A stretch of 64,000 nt of DNA from a virus: the IMG/VR virus record IMGVR_UViG_3300021376_000045, positions 4,396 to 68,395 of that record; one strand, written 5' to 3'. A program made the translations under genes and the position numbers. Of this stretch, positions 1-9,575 are shown piece after piece. Numbering within the stretch: the first letter of the stretch is position 1; every line of letters begins with the position of its first letter. The notes beneath the pieces are model-generated. The model was not told the DNA's origin. It searched no databases and saw nothing but the letters and a program-made list of their open reading frames with translations.

Positions 1-932
1 CCTGATTTATGATATACATGTATACGTTCGGCCCCGGGTGTATCATCCAACTCTACAATATGACCGCTTTCAGACTGAATGGTTTTATTATAAGGATATT
101 CGGCATTAAACGGTATCGTAGGTTGTTCCCAGCTTTGCCCATTTGGAAGTTGAATACCAGTTAAGCGTTCTTTAGTTTTTTCTTGGACTACAGTACCACT
201 AACCTCCCCTTGCGCCAGTCTATTTACCTCAGACTTACCGCTATACTCTTTTGTGGGGTAGGTTGCAGTTGGATCAATAAAACCTTTAGTTTGAGTAATT
301 AATTTTTCTTGATTTTCTTCTGCTTTTATGTTAAAGTTTCTAGCTTCTGTAAATGCTTTACTAGCAATAGATGATGAAAAAGCTGCGTCAATTTGTGAAC
401 CAGTCAGAATGGCTGGGTTAGGGATTGTCTGAGGCGGTATAACCCCTTTAGTAAATAGATCATTTACAAATCCTGTAAGCCTAGAATCTATTCCTTTTGT
501 TACACCATTTAAAACTGCTACAGAAAGATTATCTTTTAGAGTGTTTAAATTTATAGCGCTTGCAAGATCAGGGGGTAAGCTATTTTCTAAATTATAAAGT
601 ACGTTAAATAAAAGCTTGTTGGTAGTAGATTGAGCAAGCTTGTTCTCAACCAACGACCCTATAGTACCTTTAATTGTATCAGAATTAAAATTCTTAGCTA
701 CCAAATCAACAGGGTTATTTGGCCCAATTATTTTGGCAGGAATATCAGTTAGTTGTTGATTACCGGTTTCATCAATACTTTTAACAATTGATGGACTTTG
801 CTCCAGCACCGCTTTTTCTATAGCTTGATTTACAATTACCCGGGCTGTAGGAGGTAATTTAGTAAAGTCAACCGTGCTTGATATTCTATCAAACAGGGTT
901 GATGCTAGATTTTGAGATACTTGTTCGCTCAT
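1..932 (-). CDS. gp5 C-terminal part (baseplate hub/needle), truncated at window edge
   Basis: Not in the ORF track. ATG at 932 overlaps the upstream stop (ATGA) and the frame is open to position 1. Encodes GFIDPTATYP and EYPYNKTIQSESGHIVELDDTPGAERIHVYHKSG, typical gp5 motifs. Confidence 0.85.
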   Translation of the reverse strand, partial: MSEQVSQNLASTLFDRISSTVDFTKLPPTARVIVNQAIEKAVLEQSPSIVKSIDETGNQQLTDIPAKIIGPNNPVDLVAKNFNSDTIKGTIGSLVENKLAQSTTNKLLFNVLYNLENSLPPDLASAINLNTLKDNLSVAVLNGVTKGIDSRLTGFVNDLFTKGVIPPQTIPNPAILTGSQIDAAFSSSIASKAFTEARNFNIKAEENQEKLITQTKGFIDPTATYPTKEYSGKSEVNRLAQGEVSGTVVQEKTKERLTGIQLPNGQSWEQPTIPFNAEYPYNKTIQSESGHIVELDDTPGAERIHVYHKS

Positions 933-2005
933 CCTATTAGACTGTTAAGATCTTTCTTTTCGTTTTGATATCTTGTTCTTACTCCGGCGATTATGTTTTG
1001 ACCGCTGGACTTAAAGAACGATTCTACATTTTCTATTTTATATTTTGAAACTAACTCTACTATATCTTTGTCTGATAACTGGGCTTTGTCTTTTAACGGC
1101 TCTGTAAATATACTTGTTTTATTAGGTCCAAATTGTACTGCTGTTGACCAGACTAGATCTTGAACGGCAGGGCCAAATTGAGTTAGATCTAACCCCTTGC
1201 GCTTGAGGTTATTAATCATAACATCATAATATTTTGTTTGCGTATAGTCGTGCTGATCTTTTTTAAATTCTTCTGTCTTTGTCGAAGCAATTTCTTTCCA
1301 TTTAGCATCGAACGCCGGGGTAGCTGGTTTTAGACCTTCAAATAAAGAACCAAATTTAGAGTACTGAAGGTAAGATAGTAATGGGGAATTCTTACCAGAA
1401 GGTCTAGCTTTACCACTAGGCGTAAGCGGGGGTAAATAAGAAGCAAATTGATAAGTTCCGTACGATGCCCCTCCAAAATCATTTGAGGTATTATAGGCAT
1501 TTATTGTACCAGGGCCTTTGCCCCCGGTTTCATATTTTTCTGATGTCTTACCCAATTCCCAACCCGGTACCGGAGGCACGCCTGATTTAACTGGATTACC
1601 CGATCCGTCTACAACAGGATTACCAGAACCATCTACTATATTACTTGTTCTTGTATTCTCAACTTCTTTTACTTCTTCAACTTGTTTAAAAGCTATTGTT
1701 GGTGCTTTGCTTCCAATGGTACCAAATATAGCGGGCTGCTGCATATCATTACCGTCTAAAAAGAAACCTATAACCCAGGTACCGGGCATAGGTCCCACTG
1801 GTGCTATACCAATACCAGATAAGGCTGCTGAATTAATTGGTTGTATCGGTATTGCCCAAGGTAAATCTTCGGTAGGTATATCTATTTTACTGTCGGAATG
1901 ATATCCGTAGATACGCACTCTTACTCGACCCATTTTTTCTGGGTCCATACGGTCTTCCACCACACCTAAAAACCAAACAAAGCCGTCTTGATTAAAAATT
2001 TTCAT
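929..2005 (-). CDS. gp5 N-terminal OB-fold plus muramidase-like domain
   Basis: WFLGVVEDRMDPEKMGRVRVRIYGYH is the gp5 OB signature. The C-terminal SEKYETGG..GASYGTYQF resembles VgrG3-type lysozyme domains. Confidence 0.85.
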   Translation of the reverse strand: MKIFNQDGFVWFLGVVEDRMDPEKMGRVRVRIYGYHSDSKIDIPTEDLPWAIPIQPINSAALSGIGIAPVGPMPGTWVIGFFLDGNDMQQPAIFGTIGSKAPTIAFKQVEEVKEVENTRTSNIVDGSGNPVVDGSGNPVKSGVPPVPGWELGKTSEKYETGGKGPGTINAYNTSNDFGGASYGTYQFASYLPPLTPSGKARPSGKNSPLLSYLQYSKFGSLFEGLKPATPAFDAKWKEIASTKTEEFKKDQHDYTQTKYYDVMINNLKRKGLDLTQFGPAVQDLVWSTAVQFGPNKTSIFTEPLKDKAQLSDKDIVELVSKYKIENVESFFKSSGQNIIAGVRTRYQNEKKDLNSLIG

Positions 2006-3345
2006 ATTGTACTATTAAGAGCATCTTTAACAATTTCCATTGTCATAGTATGCTTGTAAAGATTGATTTTATGTCTGAGTGCAGTAATGATATAATTACC
2101 TGAGTAGTATTTATCCTCGTTGGTTTTAGTTGAGTCTGAGCTTGCTTTCGGTGAAACATCAGGAAAGCTAAAATAAATCATTGCTCCAACCTCGGCATCG
2201 GTTCTACCTGGCACAGTAAGATTTAATTTAAAGTTAGCTAGCTCCATCATATTAGACATTCTATTTCCATAAATGTCTGGCATTCTTTCATTTATATTTT
2301 TTTCTAAATTATGTAGACCAGGATGAATAGGGTAAAATTTTATGTTTGTAATAGGGTTACGTGGTGTTTCGTTAGCAAAGATAGGTATGGATTTTGTACC
2401 CTGGGAGTGTTGGTAAGTTTTAAATTTCTCTACGTGATCATAATCATGAAATTCATATTTTTTATTAACAACATCTAAAGTTATAAGCCTGTTGGCTAAA
2501 TAGCCGTTGCTATAATTTTGTAAATGATCAGATGTCTTTACTACATCAAATTGTTCTACCTGAAACATTTTTTCATTTAAGTCATCAGTGCCCCTAGCCA
2601 CATTATTAGGTGCATAATTGTATTTACCAAGTGTTAGCTTACCGGTTAAATTATTAAGATCAAAAATTGATTCTACTGAACCGAAATAGAACTTTTTGTT
2701 AGTTTCAAAAAATAAAAAATTACAGGCTTTACCTTCTTTAGGTATTGCCTTGCTTGCGCAAAAATTAATACACTTAAAAGGTGTCCAGCCCGGGCTAACA
2801 AACTTAATTGAATTTTCTGTCTTGGTAAATATTTCTAAAGCAGTAGAATAGGTAGAAAGCTTTAAACTCTCCCCGCTTGCTTCTAAAGTTCTTTCTGTTT
2901 TTAAATAATCTTCATACAGCCTTTTAACAACTTCGTCTATTTTACCTGAAAAGCTTTTAGAGAGTGAGGTTAGAGTATCAATTACCGCCTCTTTAGATAT
3001 AAAATGCAAGGTATAGAGCTGGGTGTTAAGATCGGTTACAATAGCCCTATCACTAACAGCAAATATTCTAAACATCTTATAAATGTAGGAATCCAGTGAG
3101 GGGGTGCGAATTTTCATTACTAAATACTCGTCACCAACAATTGGCATTTCTTTAATTAAGTTTGTACTGTCAGATAATTGAATATTACCGTGTACAAAAT
3201 TAGAGAAAATATCTTCGTAAAGATTAAGTTCAGAAAGGTAGTCTTTTATGCTATTGTACCTTCCATCAGTAGTTACAATAGCCAATAATTCTATATCTAC
3301 GGCCCCAGCGGACTGTAAAGGTACTAAAGCGTTAGGTGTTGTCAT
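2002..3345 (-). CDS. baseplate hub protein (gp27-like)
   Basis: LYEDIFSNFVHG, FLFFET and SGNYIITALRHKI motifs; lies between gp53 and gp5. Confidence 0.6.
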   Translation of the reverse strand: MTTPNALVPLQSAGAVDIELLAIVTTDGRYNSIKDYLSELNLYEDIFSNFVHGNIQLSDSTNLIKEMPIVGDEYLVMKIRTPSLDSYIYKMFRIFAVSDRAIVTDLNTQLYTLHFISKEAVIDTLTSLSKSFSGKIDEVVKRLYEDYLKTERTLEASGESLKLSTYSTALEIFTKTENSIKFVSPGWTPFKCINFCASKAIPKEGKACNFLFFETNKKFYFGSVESIFDLNNLTGKLTLGKYNYAPNNVARGTDDLNEKMFQVEQFDVVKTSDHLQNYSNGYLANRLITLDVVNKKYEFHDYDHVEKFKTYQHSQGTKSIPIFANETPRNPITNIKFYPIHPGLHNLEKNINERMPDIYGNRMSNMMELANFKLNLTVPGRTDAEVGAMIYFSFPDVSPKASSDSTKTNEDKYYSGNYIITALRHKINLYKHTMTMEIVKDALNSTI

Positions 3346-3833
3346 TTGTTAATAACGCTATCAAACTCACTAACAATAGTTGAAACTAACTCGGACTTAA
3401 TAATTTTAATTCTTCTTTTTTCTTCATTAAGTCTATCTTCATAAGTAAAATTTGAAATAGGTGTTGAGCCTACTTCAGTGCTATTTACAACATACCCATT
3501 GACATCCTCAAAATGATGGGTGGCGTAAATGTTAGCATATTTACCTTCGCAAAAGCGCACTAAAGAATTAGTATCTAACGGCCAATCAAATCTAGGATCT
3601 ACTATTTCATTAGCATGTAAAATAACCCAGTGAAGGGTCGGGTCGTTATAAAAGAGATCAGCTAAAATTTCAGGCGTTTCACCATCTCTAACATCGTACG
3701 TATCAAAAAAAGCAGTATTATTTACAATCTCAGAAACAAAAGCATTACGCCTTAATATATCAGGTACTACTTGCCCGGTGCGATAGTCATCTAAGGTGTA
3801 TGAAATTTTAGGAAATTTTTCAAAATAAGACAT
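3342..3833 (-). CDS. baseplate wedge gp53
   Basis: YFEKFP start; DGETPEILA..Y....LHWVILHANEIVDPRFDWPL. Confidence 0.85.
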   Translation of the reverse strand: MSYFEKFPKISYTLDDYRTGQVVPDILRRNAFVSEIVNNTAFFDTYDVRDGETPEILADLFYNDPTLHWVILHANEIVDPRFDWPLDTNSLVRFCEGKYANIYATHHFEDVNGYVVNSTEVGSTPISNFTYEDRLNEEKRRIKIIKSELVSTIVSEFDSVINK

Positions 3834-4933
3834 TAGTACCCTTCCTTAACTCTTTCTTTTGTTAAAATTTCCACTTCTTGGAATGTTAGCGACATTCTTA
3901 CTTCTACCGGTTTACCATCATCAAACGTTGAGTATGCATCACCACCATAATCTACATTCATACTAGTACATACACAGGATGAAATTTTGTTTAAAAATTC
4001 GTTTTCTCTATCTCTATAATAATATTTAATTTCAAACTCTGAGGGGTAAATATAAAAAAGCCCTGAGGCAGAAAGCTCCGGATGCATATGAAACTTAAAT
4101 AGGTCAATAATATTTTTTACATTTTGCATTTCTGCCGGGCTTGCAGGCATAAAGGTGTGACGAAAATTAAATGTTCTAAAATCTACTGACTCAAAAAACT
4201 GTTCTTTAAAAGAGTTAGTTTTTTGTTTTGTACCGAGCTCTAAGAGTCTACCCCCCTGGGCCACGCCTACGTTTTGTACTGCTTTTACTATACCGGTAAT
4301 CATAGCGGCGGATGCATCTTTAGGTAAATCAGGTGAAAAAGTATCAACAGCTGAAGACCCCCCTGCAAGAAGTCCCCCTAAAGTGCCTACTGATTCAGAC
4401 TGATAATTTATGTTATATTTTACGCTAGGTGTTTCTTGAATGTGTAAAGTAATTACATCGGATAATCTTTTTAAAGTATCTTCTTTTAATATACCGGCTT
4501 TTTGAAGTACTTTAGAAGAAGCATATCCCGCAAAGGCCCCAGTTGCAGTACCAATAATAGCTTTAGTTGTTTTAGTTTTGTCTCCAAGGCCAGACAGAAC
4601 ACCGGACAAACCCCCGGCCTGGGCACCTGTGATGGTGCCTGAAGCTGTAATAGCTCTACCTGTCTCGTTTGGATTTAATCTATTTTGGCCTTCACCAACT
4701 CTTACATTATTAAAAGTTTCTTGAAATCCCCCGTTACTTTTATTAAATTTAGACTTACCTCTAACATTAATAAAAAAAGCAATGTAATGTTGTAAATCAT
4801 CGTTTACACCTAGACCTAGGGGGTAGGTATGATTAGCTACTTTATACTTGTTTCTTGCAATATTTTGAAATTTAGACTCAAAAGATCTCCGTCTTTCATC
4901 TACGGCATCGGTAGGAACAGGGGAGTAAGCCAT
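3833..4933 (-). CDS. baseplate tail-tube cap gp48-like
   Basis: FESVDFRTFNF..FKFHMHP..YPSEFEI..LTFQEVEILTK. Start moved to ATG 4933, downstream of the late promoter. Confidence 0.75.
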   Translation of the reverse strand: MAYSPVPTDAVDERRRSFESKFQNIARNKYKVANHTYPLGLGVNDDLQHYIAFFINVRGKSKFNKSNGGFQETFNNVRVGEGQNRLNPNETGRAITASGTITGAQAGGLSGVLSGLGDKTKTTKAIIGTATGAFAGYASSKVLQKAGILKEDTLKRLSDVITLHIQETPSVKYNINYQSESVGTLGGLLAGGSSAVDTFSPDLPKDASAAMITGIVKAVQNVGVAQGGRLLELGTKQKTNSFKEQFFESVDFRTFNFRHTFMPASPAEMQNVKNIIDLFKFHMHPELSASGLFYIYPSEFEIKYYYRDRENEFLNKISSCVCTSMNVDYGGDAYSTFDDGKPVEVRMSLTFQEVEILTKERVKEGY

Positions 4934-4965
4934 TAGATCTCCGATAAATATGAATGATAATGTAA

Positions 4966-4973
4966 TATTTATA
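4966..4973 (-). promoter_or_regulatory. T4-type late promoter TATAAATA
   Basis: Exact TATAAATA upstream of the baseplate operon. Confidence 0.65.
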
Positions 4974-4977
4974 CTGT

Positions 4978-5424
4978 ATGTACAAGACAACTTATAAAGG
5001 ACGTTACAGGCTCAGAAACTATCCAAAATATAAAGGAGACACAACTGATATAGTTTACAGGTCTTCTTGGGAGCTAAAGTTTATGAGGTGGTGTGACACA
5101 AATGATTCCGTACTTGAATGGGGCTCGGAGACCGTTATCATACCGTATGTCTCCCCGGTAGATGGAAAAATACATCGCTATTTTGTAGATTTTTTTGTAA
5201 AGATTAAAAACAAAGACGGTACAATTCAGAAATATTTAGTAGAAATAAAACCTGAAAAATTTACAAAGCCTCCAGAAATCCCTAAAAAGAAAACTAGAAA
5301 ATTTATTGATGAGGTTTTTCTTTATGGCACCAATCAAGCAAAATGGAAAGCTGCTAACGAATTCTGTTTTAACCAAGGCTGGAAATTTTTAGTGCTAACC
5401 GAAAAAGATTTAGGTATAAGTTAA
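4978..5424 (+). CDS. head completion nuclease gp4 (TnsA-like)
   Basis: KYKGD..IVYRSSWE, WGSE, HRYFVDF, EIKP, NQAKWKAA. Confidence 0.9.
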   Translation: MYKTTYKGRYRLRNYPKYKGDTTDIVYRSSWELKFMRWCDTNDSVLEWGSETVIIPYVSPVDGKIHRYFVDFFVKIKNKDGTIQKYLVEIKPEKFTKPPEIPKKKTRKFIDEVFLYGTNQAKWKAANEFCFNQGWKFLVLTEKDLGIS

Positions 5425-5428
5425 TTAA

Positions 5429-5989
5429 ATGGCAAACGTATTTGATACACTAAGAACTAAAGCTGGTGACACCCAGCGCTCGGTGCAATGGTATCAAACC
5501 CAAGTTAGAAAACTTGGCTCTATTAACCGTAATAAGCTATTAAGAGAAGGTAGGCTTACCAATGTTATATTGCCTGGTAAGATGTACATGTTTTTTTATA
5601 CGCCAAAGCATAAAGAAACCCTACCTTATTATGATTTGTTCCCTCTAGTGCTACCGTTTAGAAAAGTACCAGGAGGATTTTTCGGGTTAAACTTACATTA
5701 CTTACCTTATATTATTCGTTTTAGAATATTAGGAATTTTATCTGATTATGCAACTGATGAAAAAATTGTTGAAGAGACAAGATTAAGATTAAACTGGAAA
5801 ATACTATCTAGTACATCCAGATTAAAACCGGTTCAAGCTTGTGTGAAGCATTATTTGTTTGAAAATGTAGATTCCAGATTTTTAGAAATACCGTACCCCG
5901 ATTGGGTGGTAGCCTCTCAACTTCCAGTAGAAATGTTTGAAAAGCAAAACAAATCCGATATCTGGAACGATTCAAGGAAAAAATTCTAA
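5429..5989 (+). CDS. DNA end protector gp2
   Basis: YTPKHKETLPYYDLFPLVLP, GLNLHYLP. Confidence 0.9.
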   Translation: MANVFDTLRTKAGDTQRSVQWYQTQVRKLGSINRNKLLREGRLTNVILPGKMYMFFYTPKHKETLPYYDLFPLVLPFRKVPGGFFGLNLHYLPYIIRFRILGILSDYATDEKIVEETRLRLNWKILSSTSRLKPVQACVKHYLFENVDSRFLEIPYPDWVVASQLPVEMFEKQNKSDIWNDSRKKF

Positions 5990-6594
5990 TGCCAGCTCAC
6001 TATTCTTTACAAAAATTTAAATCCCAGGTATTGGGTAAGGGATTAGCTAAACCTAATCGTTTTGAGGTCTTTATACCACCACCACAAGGGTTACAAAGCG
6101 GGCGCGCGGGGGGTGATATAGTCTCGCTACTATGTGAACAAGCTAGTTTTCCAATGCTTACAATTAACACTAAACCTTTTAAAATATATGGACCATCTTA
6201 CCAACGCCCAACAGGTATTGAGTATGGTGGGGAAGGGTTACCCTTTACCTTTCATGTGGATAGAGAAATGAAGGTTAAAACATTTTTTGACGAATGGATG
6301 CAATTAATTGTTAATAAAGATACCTTTAATGTAACTTATCAAAGAGAGTATATTACTGATATTACAATTAAACAATTAGATGAGGCAGACAATGTGACGT
6401 ATACAGCTGTATTGAAAGATTCTTTTCCGCGAAATTTAAACTTAATGGACTTGAATCATAGTGCACAAAGCCAGACTCATCGACTAACTGTTTTATTTGC
6501 ATATAGAAAATGGACCACTGTGTCCGGTAGTTTAACAGGAGGCACTGGAACAAGCTCTCTCTTTGCTGGACCAAGATCTGTTACATTTGTATAA
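5989..6594 (+). CDS. tail tube initiator gp54 / gp19-like
   Basis: GLAKPNRFEV, FFDEWM, FAYRKW; typical position. Confidence 0.7.
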   Translation: MPAHYSLQKFKSQVLGKGLAKPNRFEVFIPPPQGLQSGRAGGDIVSLLCEQASFPMLTINTKPFKIYGPSYQRPTGIEYGGEGLPFTFHVDREMKVKTFFDEWMQLIVNKDTFNVTYQREYITDITIKQLDEADNVTYTAVLKDSFPRNLNLMDLNHSAQSQTHRLTVLFAYRKWTTVSGSLTGGTGTSSLFAGPRSVTFV

Positions 6595-6610
6595 TACTTT
6601 GGAGTGAATA

Positions 6611-7306
6611 ATGGGATTACCTATATTAGATGTACCTACATATGAACTTGAGTTACCGTCAACTAATAAGCTAATAAAATTTAGGCCATTTTTAGTTAAA
6701 GAGCATAAAATTTTAATGACCCTTTCAGATGCTGATGGGGTTGAAATTTCTCGGGTAATAAAAGAATTAATTGACGCATGTACTTTTAAAAACTTAAACG
6801 TTGACAAGCTTTCCAACTTTGATGTAGAGTTTATTTTTCTTAATTTAAGATCTAAATCAATAGGTGAAAAAGTTGACATTATTGTAAATTGTCCTTGTGG
6901 GTTTAAAATAGATCACAGTATTAATTTAAACGATATAAAAGTAATTAGAGAAGAAAGCTTTACCAATAAAATTCAGTTAAGGCAGGGGATTGGGGTAATA
7001 ATGAGATACCCTACGTTTGAAGAAAATGTTCAAATTTTAGATAATTTAAACAACTCAGTTGTGTTTGATATAGTAGCTAAATGCATTGATAGTATCTATA
7101 CAGATAAAGAATTTTTTGATAGGACTATGTTTACGGAGCAAGAAGCTCAAGATTTTTTATCCCAGCTTACTAAAGCAGAATTTGAAAAGATAGAGGAATT
7201 TTTTCTTAAAATGCCAAAAGTAGTACAACAAGTAGAAACAGTTTGCCCGGAATGTAAGGGTGTAAATAAGGTAGAAATGAAAGGGCTTGAAAATTTTTTC
7301 GTATAA
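6611..7306 (+). CDS. baseplate hub subunit gp26
   Basis: IKFRPFLVKEHKIL, FLNLRSKSIGE, CPEC..GLENFF. Confidence 0.85.
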   Translation: MGLPILDVPTYELELPSTNKLIKFRPFLVKEHKILMTLSDADGVEISRVIKELIDACTFKNLNVDKLSNFDVEFIFLNLRSKSIGEKVDIIVNCPCGFKIDHSINLNDIKVIREESFTNKIQLRQGIGVIMRYPTFEENVQILDNLNNSVVFDIVAKCIDSIYTDKEFFDRTMFTEQEAQDFLSQLTKAEFEKIEEFFLKMPKVVQQVETVCPECKGVNKVEMKGLENFFV

Positions 7307-7356
7307 CTCTTTCTCAGGATAATTTAGCTAATTTCTATAGAACAAATTTTTCGTTA

Positions 7357-7500
7357 ATGCAGTTTCACAAATATTCATTAACGGAATTAGAAAATATGCT
7401 GCCCTGGGAAAGAGAGATATACGTTACATTATTAATAGATTATATTAAAGAAGAGAACGAAAAACTTAAACTTAAACAACAGCAGGCCAGAAACATATGA
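7357..7500 (+). CDS. gp51-like baseplate assembly protein (probably made as a -1 frameshift extension of gp26)
   Basis: Not in the ORF track. MQFHKYSLTELENMLPWEREIYVTLL. The frame is open from 7291 and has no SD. Confidence 0.75.
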   Translation: MQFHKYSLTELENMLPWEREIYVTLLIDYIKEENEKLKLKQQQARNI

Positions 7501-9302
7501 GTAAAAATACCGCCAGACGACTTGAAGAAATGGATAAGTCTTTATCCGGTATAAACGTTTCATTAACTAAGTTTGAAGATACTTTAAAAAAATTAGATTC
7601 ATCTTTAGAGAAGATTGCTACATCTTTAGGTCGTAAAGAACAGCCATCCAAAGGCGGTTTTAATTTTAATTTATTTTCTGGTAATCAAAAATCTGTCACT
7701 AATACCGGTAATGCTGGTGGTGATAAATTGATGACTGAGCTGAGAAATGCTTTAGATAAAAATCATAAAGAAAGTTTTAAAATTTTTCAGAGTATGGAAT
7801 CTCTTCTTAAAGGTATTGATGAAAAGCTCGGAAAACAAGCCGAGGGTGGTGGCGGTGGGTCTCCTTTACCGGTGCCAGTACCATCTCCCGGTACTCCCGA
7901 TAAAGCAAAAAAAGGAGTTCTTGGAAAAGTAGGGAGCGTCTTGGGTAAGGTTGCACTTCCTCTTGCTGCCGTTATGGCTGGAATGGAGGCACATTCTGGT
8001 TATACAAAAGCCGGGGAAACATTAGATTTAGAACCAGGACAAGAACCAACTTTTGGACAAAAACTAGCTGGTGCGGGCGCTGGGGTAATGTCTGGATTAA
8101 CCTTTGGTATGATTGATGAAAAAAAGATGGCTCACACCTTAGCGGGTACTGGAAAGGGTAAAGAGTATGCCGCAGCAGAGCAGGCAAAAATTTCCGGCTT
8201 ATCGTCCGGGGGAGATATGTTTGACAGTGGCCCGGCTCCCGATCTCGGCCCAGTTCAAGCAGCAGCCCCTGAAGCTAAAACTTCTAAACCAGTTGGCTCT
8301 GCAGCAGCAGCAGCCCTGGAAGCTACGGTTTCCAAGCCTGCAGGTAAAGAGACTAAGTCTGCATCTGTATCCACACCTGCTGCATCTAAAATACCTTCAG
8401 CTTCTAAAGGCCCATCAGCTAAAGAAAAAATGCAAGGTGAAGAAAATTTACAAAAATTAGAAGAAAAAGAAGCCGAGCTTCAAACTGTTCAACGTGAATA
8501 TAAAGATGAAATAGCCAAGGCTTCAGAAAAACTTGCTAATGATACTAAAAATTATCCGCAAGGTTTTATTGATGATCCTTCAGATCCAGAATACCCAAAA
8601 GAATTAAAAGCTGTTGATGATAAGTATAAACCAAAAATAGAAGCTTTGAAGAAAGAAATTTCTACACTTAGTAAGGCCCCTGGTATAGAAGGAGCAAAAA
8701 AGGCTCAAGCAGCTGCTGATGCCGAAGATGATGAAAAGCCATCTATAACCCCTAAAACAAAAGTAACTGGGGGTTCATCGGTTGAAAAAACAACCTCAAC
8801 GGAAACGGTTACCGGTGGTGGAGAAACAACTTCTAAGCGTACATTAACACCGGAAGCAGAAGCTGCTCAAAAAGAGCTTGCCGGTATTGATGACAAGCAG
8901 GCTGCAGAAAAGAAACAAGTAATAGATAAATTAAAAGCAGAAGGTAAAATTACAGGAGGACCTGAAGCGTCTGATTATGAAACTATACCGGAACTAAAAG
9001 AATTAAAAACTAAACAAGATGCAGAGCTAGCAGCTATCTCTGCTAAAATTGATTCTGGTACTAACTATGAAACTTCTACAATTGCACCACCACCTCAAAC
9101 CACCACTACAGCAACCACTGTCTCTTCACTTTCAGCTGAGAATAAAGACTTATCAATGGAAGCTTCTAAAGGCGGGGCACCTTCTGTAGTTTCATCTAAT
9201 AATGTTCAAAATAATAATACTACCAGCTTTACCCCGTTTAAACCATTACCCCGGGGTGGCTTAAGTAGTCTCGAACGTAAGCAAGATACTGTTTCGGCAT
9301 AA
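7497..9302 (+). CDS. gp29-like tail length / tape-measure protein
   Basis: 601 aa, coiled-coil and A/G/K-rich with hydrophobic Gly-rich segments; follows gp26/gp51. Confidence 0.5.
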   Translation: MSKNTARRLEEMDKSLSGINVSLTKFEDTLKKLDSSLEKIATSLGRKEQPSKGGFNFNLFSGNQKSVTNTGNAGGDKLMTELRNALDKNHKESFKIFQSMESLLKGIDEKLGKQAEGGGGGSPLPVPVPSPGTPDKAKKGVLGKVGSVLGKVALPLAAVMAGMEAHSGYTKAGETLDLEPGQEPTFGQKLAGAGAGVMSGLTFGMIDEKKMAHTLAGTGKGKEYAAAEQAKISGLSSGGDMFDSGPAPDLGPVQAAAPEAKTSKPVGSAAAAALEATVSKPAGKETKSASVSTPAASKIPSASKGPSAKEKMQGEENLQKLEEKEAELQTVQREYKDEIAKASEKLANDTKNYPQGFIDDPSDPEYPKELKAVDDKYKPKIEALKKEISTLSKAPGIEGAKKAQAAADAEDDEKPSITPKTKVTGGSSVEKTTSTETVTGGGETTSKRTLTPEAEAAQKELAGIDDKQAAEKKQVIDKLKAEGKITGGPEASDYETIPELKELKTKQDAELAAISAKIDSGTNYETSTIAPPPQTTTTATTVSSLSAENKDLSMEASKGGAPSVVSSNNVQNNNTTSFTPFKPLPRGGLSSLERKQDTVSA

Positions 9303-9334
9303 AAAAAGGGGCCTTGCGCCCCTTTCTTATTTTT
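9301..9334. terminator. bidirectional intrinsic terminator
   Basis: AAAAAAAGGGGC-CTTGC-GCCCCTTT between convergent genes. Confidence 0.8.
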
Positions 9335-9575
9335 TAGTTTCTGCTTTCTTAGGTGCTGCTTTTTTCTCAGGTGCTTTTTTCTCCACCTTCTTTACCTCTC
9401 TACATCCATCGGCTTCTGTTTGCCCGTCTTTACAGGGCTTTTTAACATTAGCTTTAACAGGAGGTTCTTGCTTTTTCTGAGCTTGCTTGGCAGGAGGTGA
9501 TGCTTTTTTTTCTGCTTGGGCAAAGGTAACAGTTGTAAAAGAAAGTAAAACTGCAGTAAGTATAGTTTTAATCAT
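9327..9575 (-). CDS. small secreted K/A/P-rich protein
   Basis: Signal peptide MIKTILTAVLLSFTTVTFA and one Cys pair. Start at 9575 overlaps the gp32 stop. Confidence 0.65.
   Translation of the reverse strand: MIKTILTAVLLSFTTVTFAQAEKKASPPAKQAQKKQEPPVKANVKKPCKDGQTEADGCREVKKVEKKAPEKKAAPKKAETKK

Noticed and set aside
1518-1901. Shadow ORFs on the opposite strand or in alternate frames (also 12532, 27735, 30598, 40234, 52141 and others)
   Set aside because: They are nested in well-supported genes and have no SD or motifs.
4934-4990. Extended gp48 start from the ORF track
   Set aside because: It overlaps gp4 and the late promoter; ATG 4933 is more plausible.
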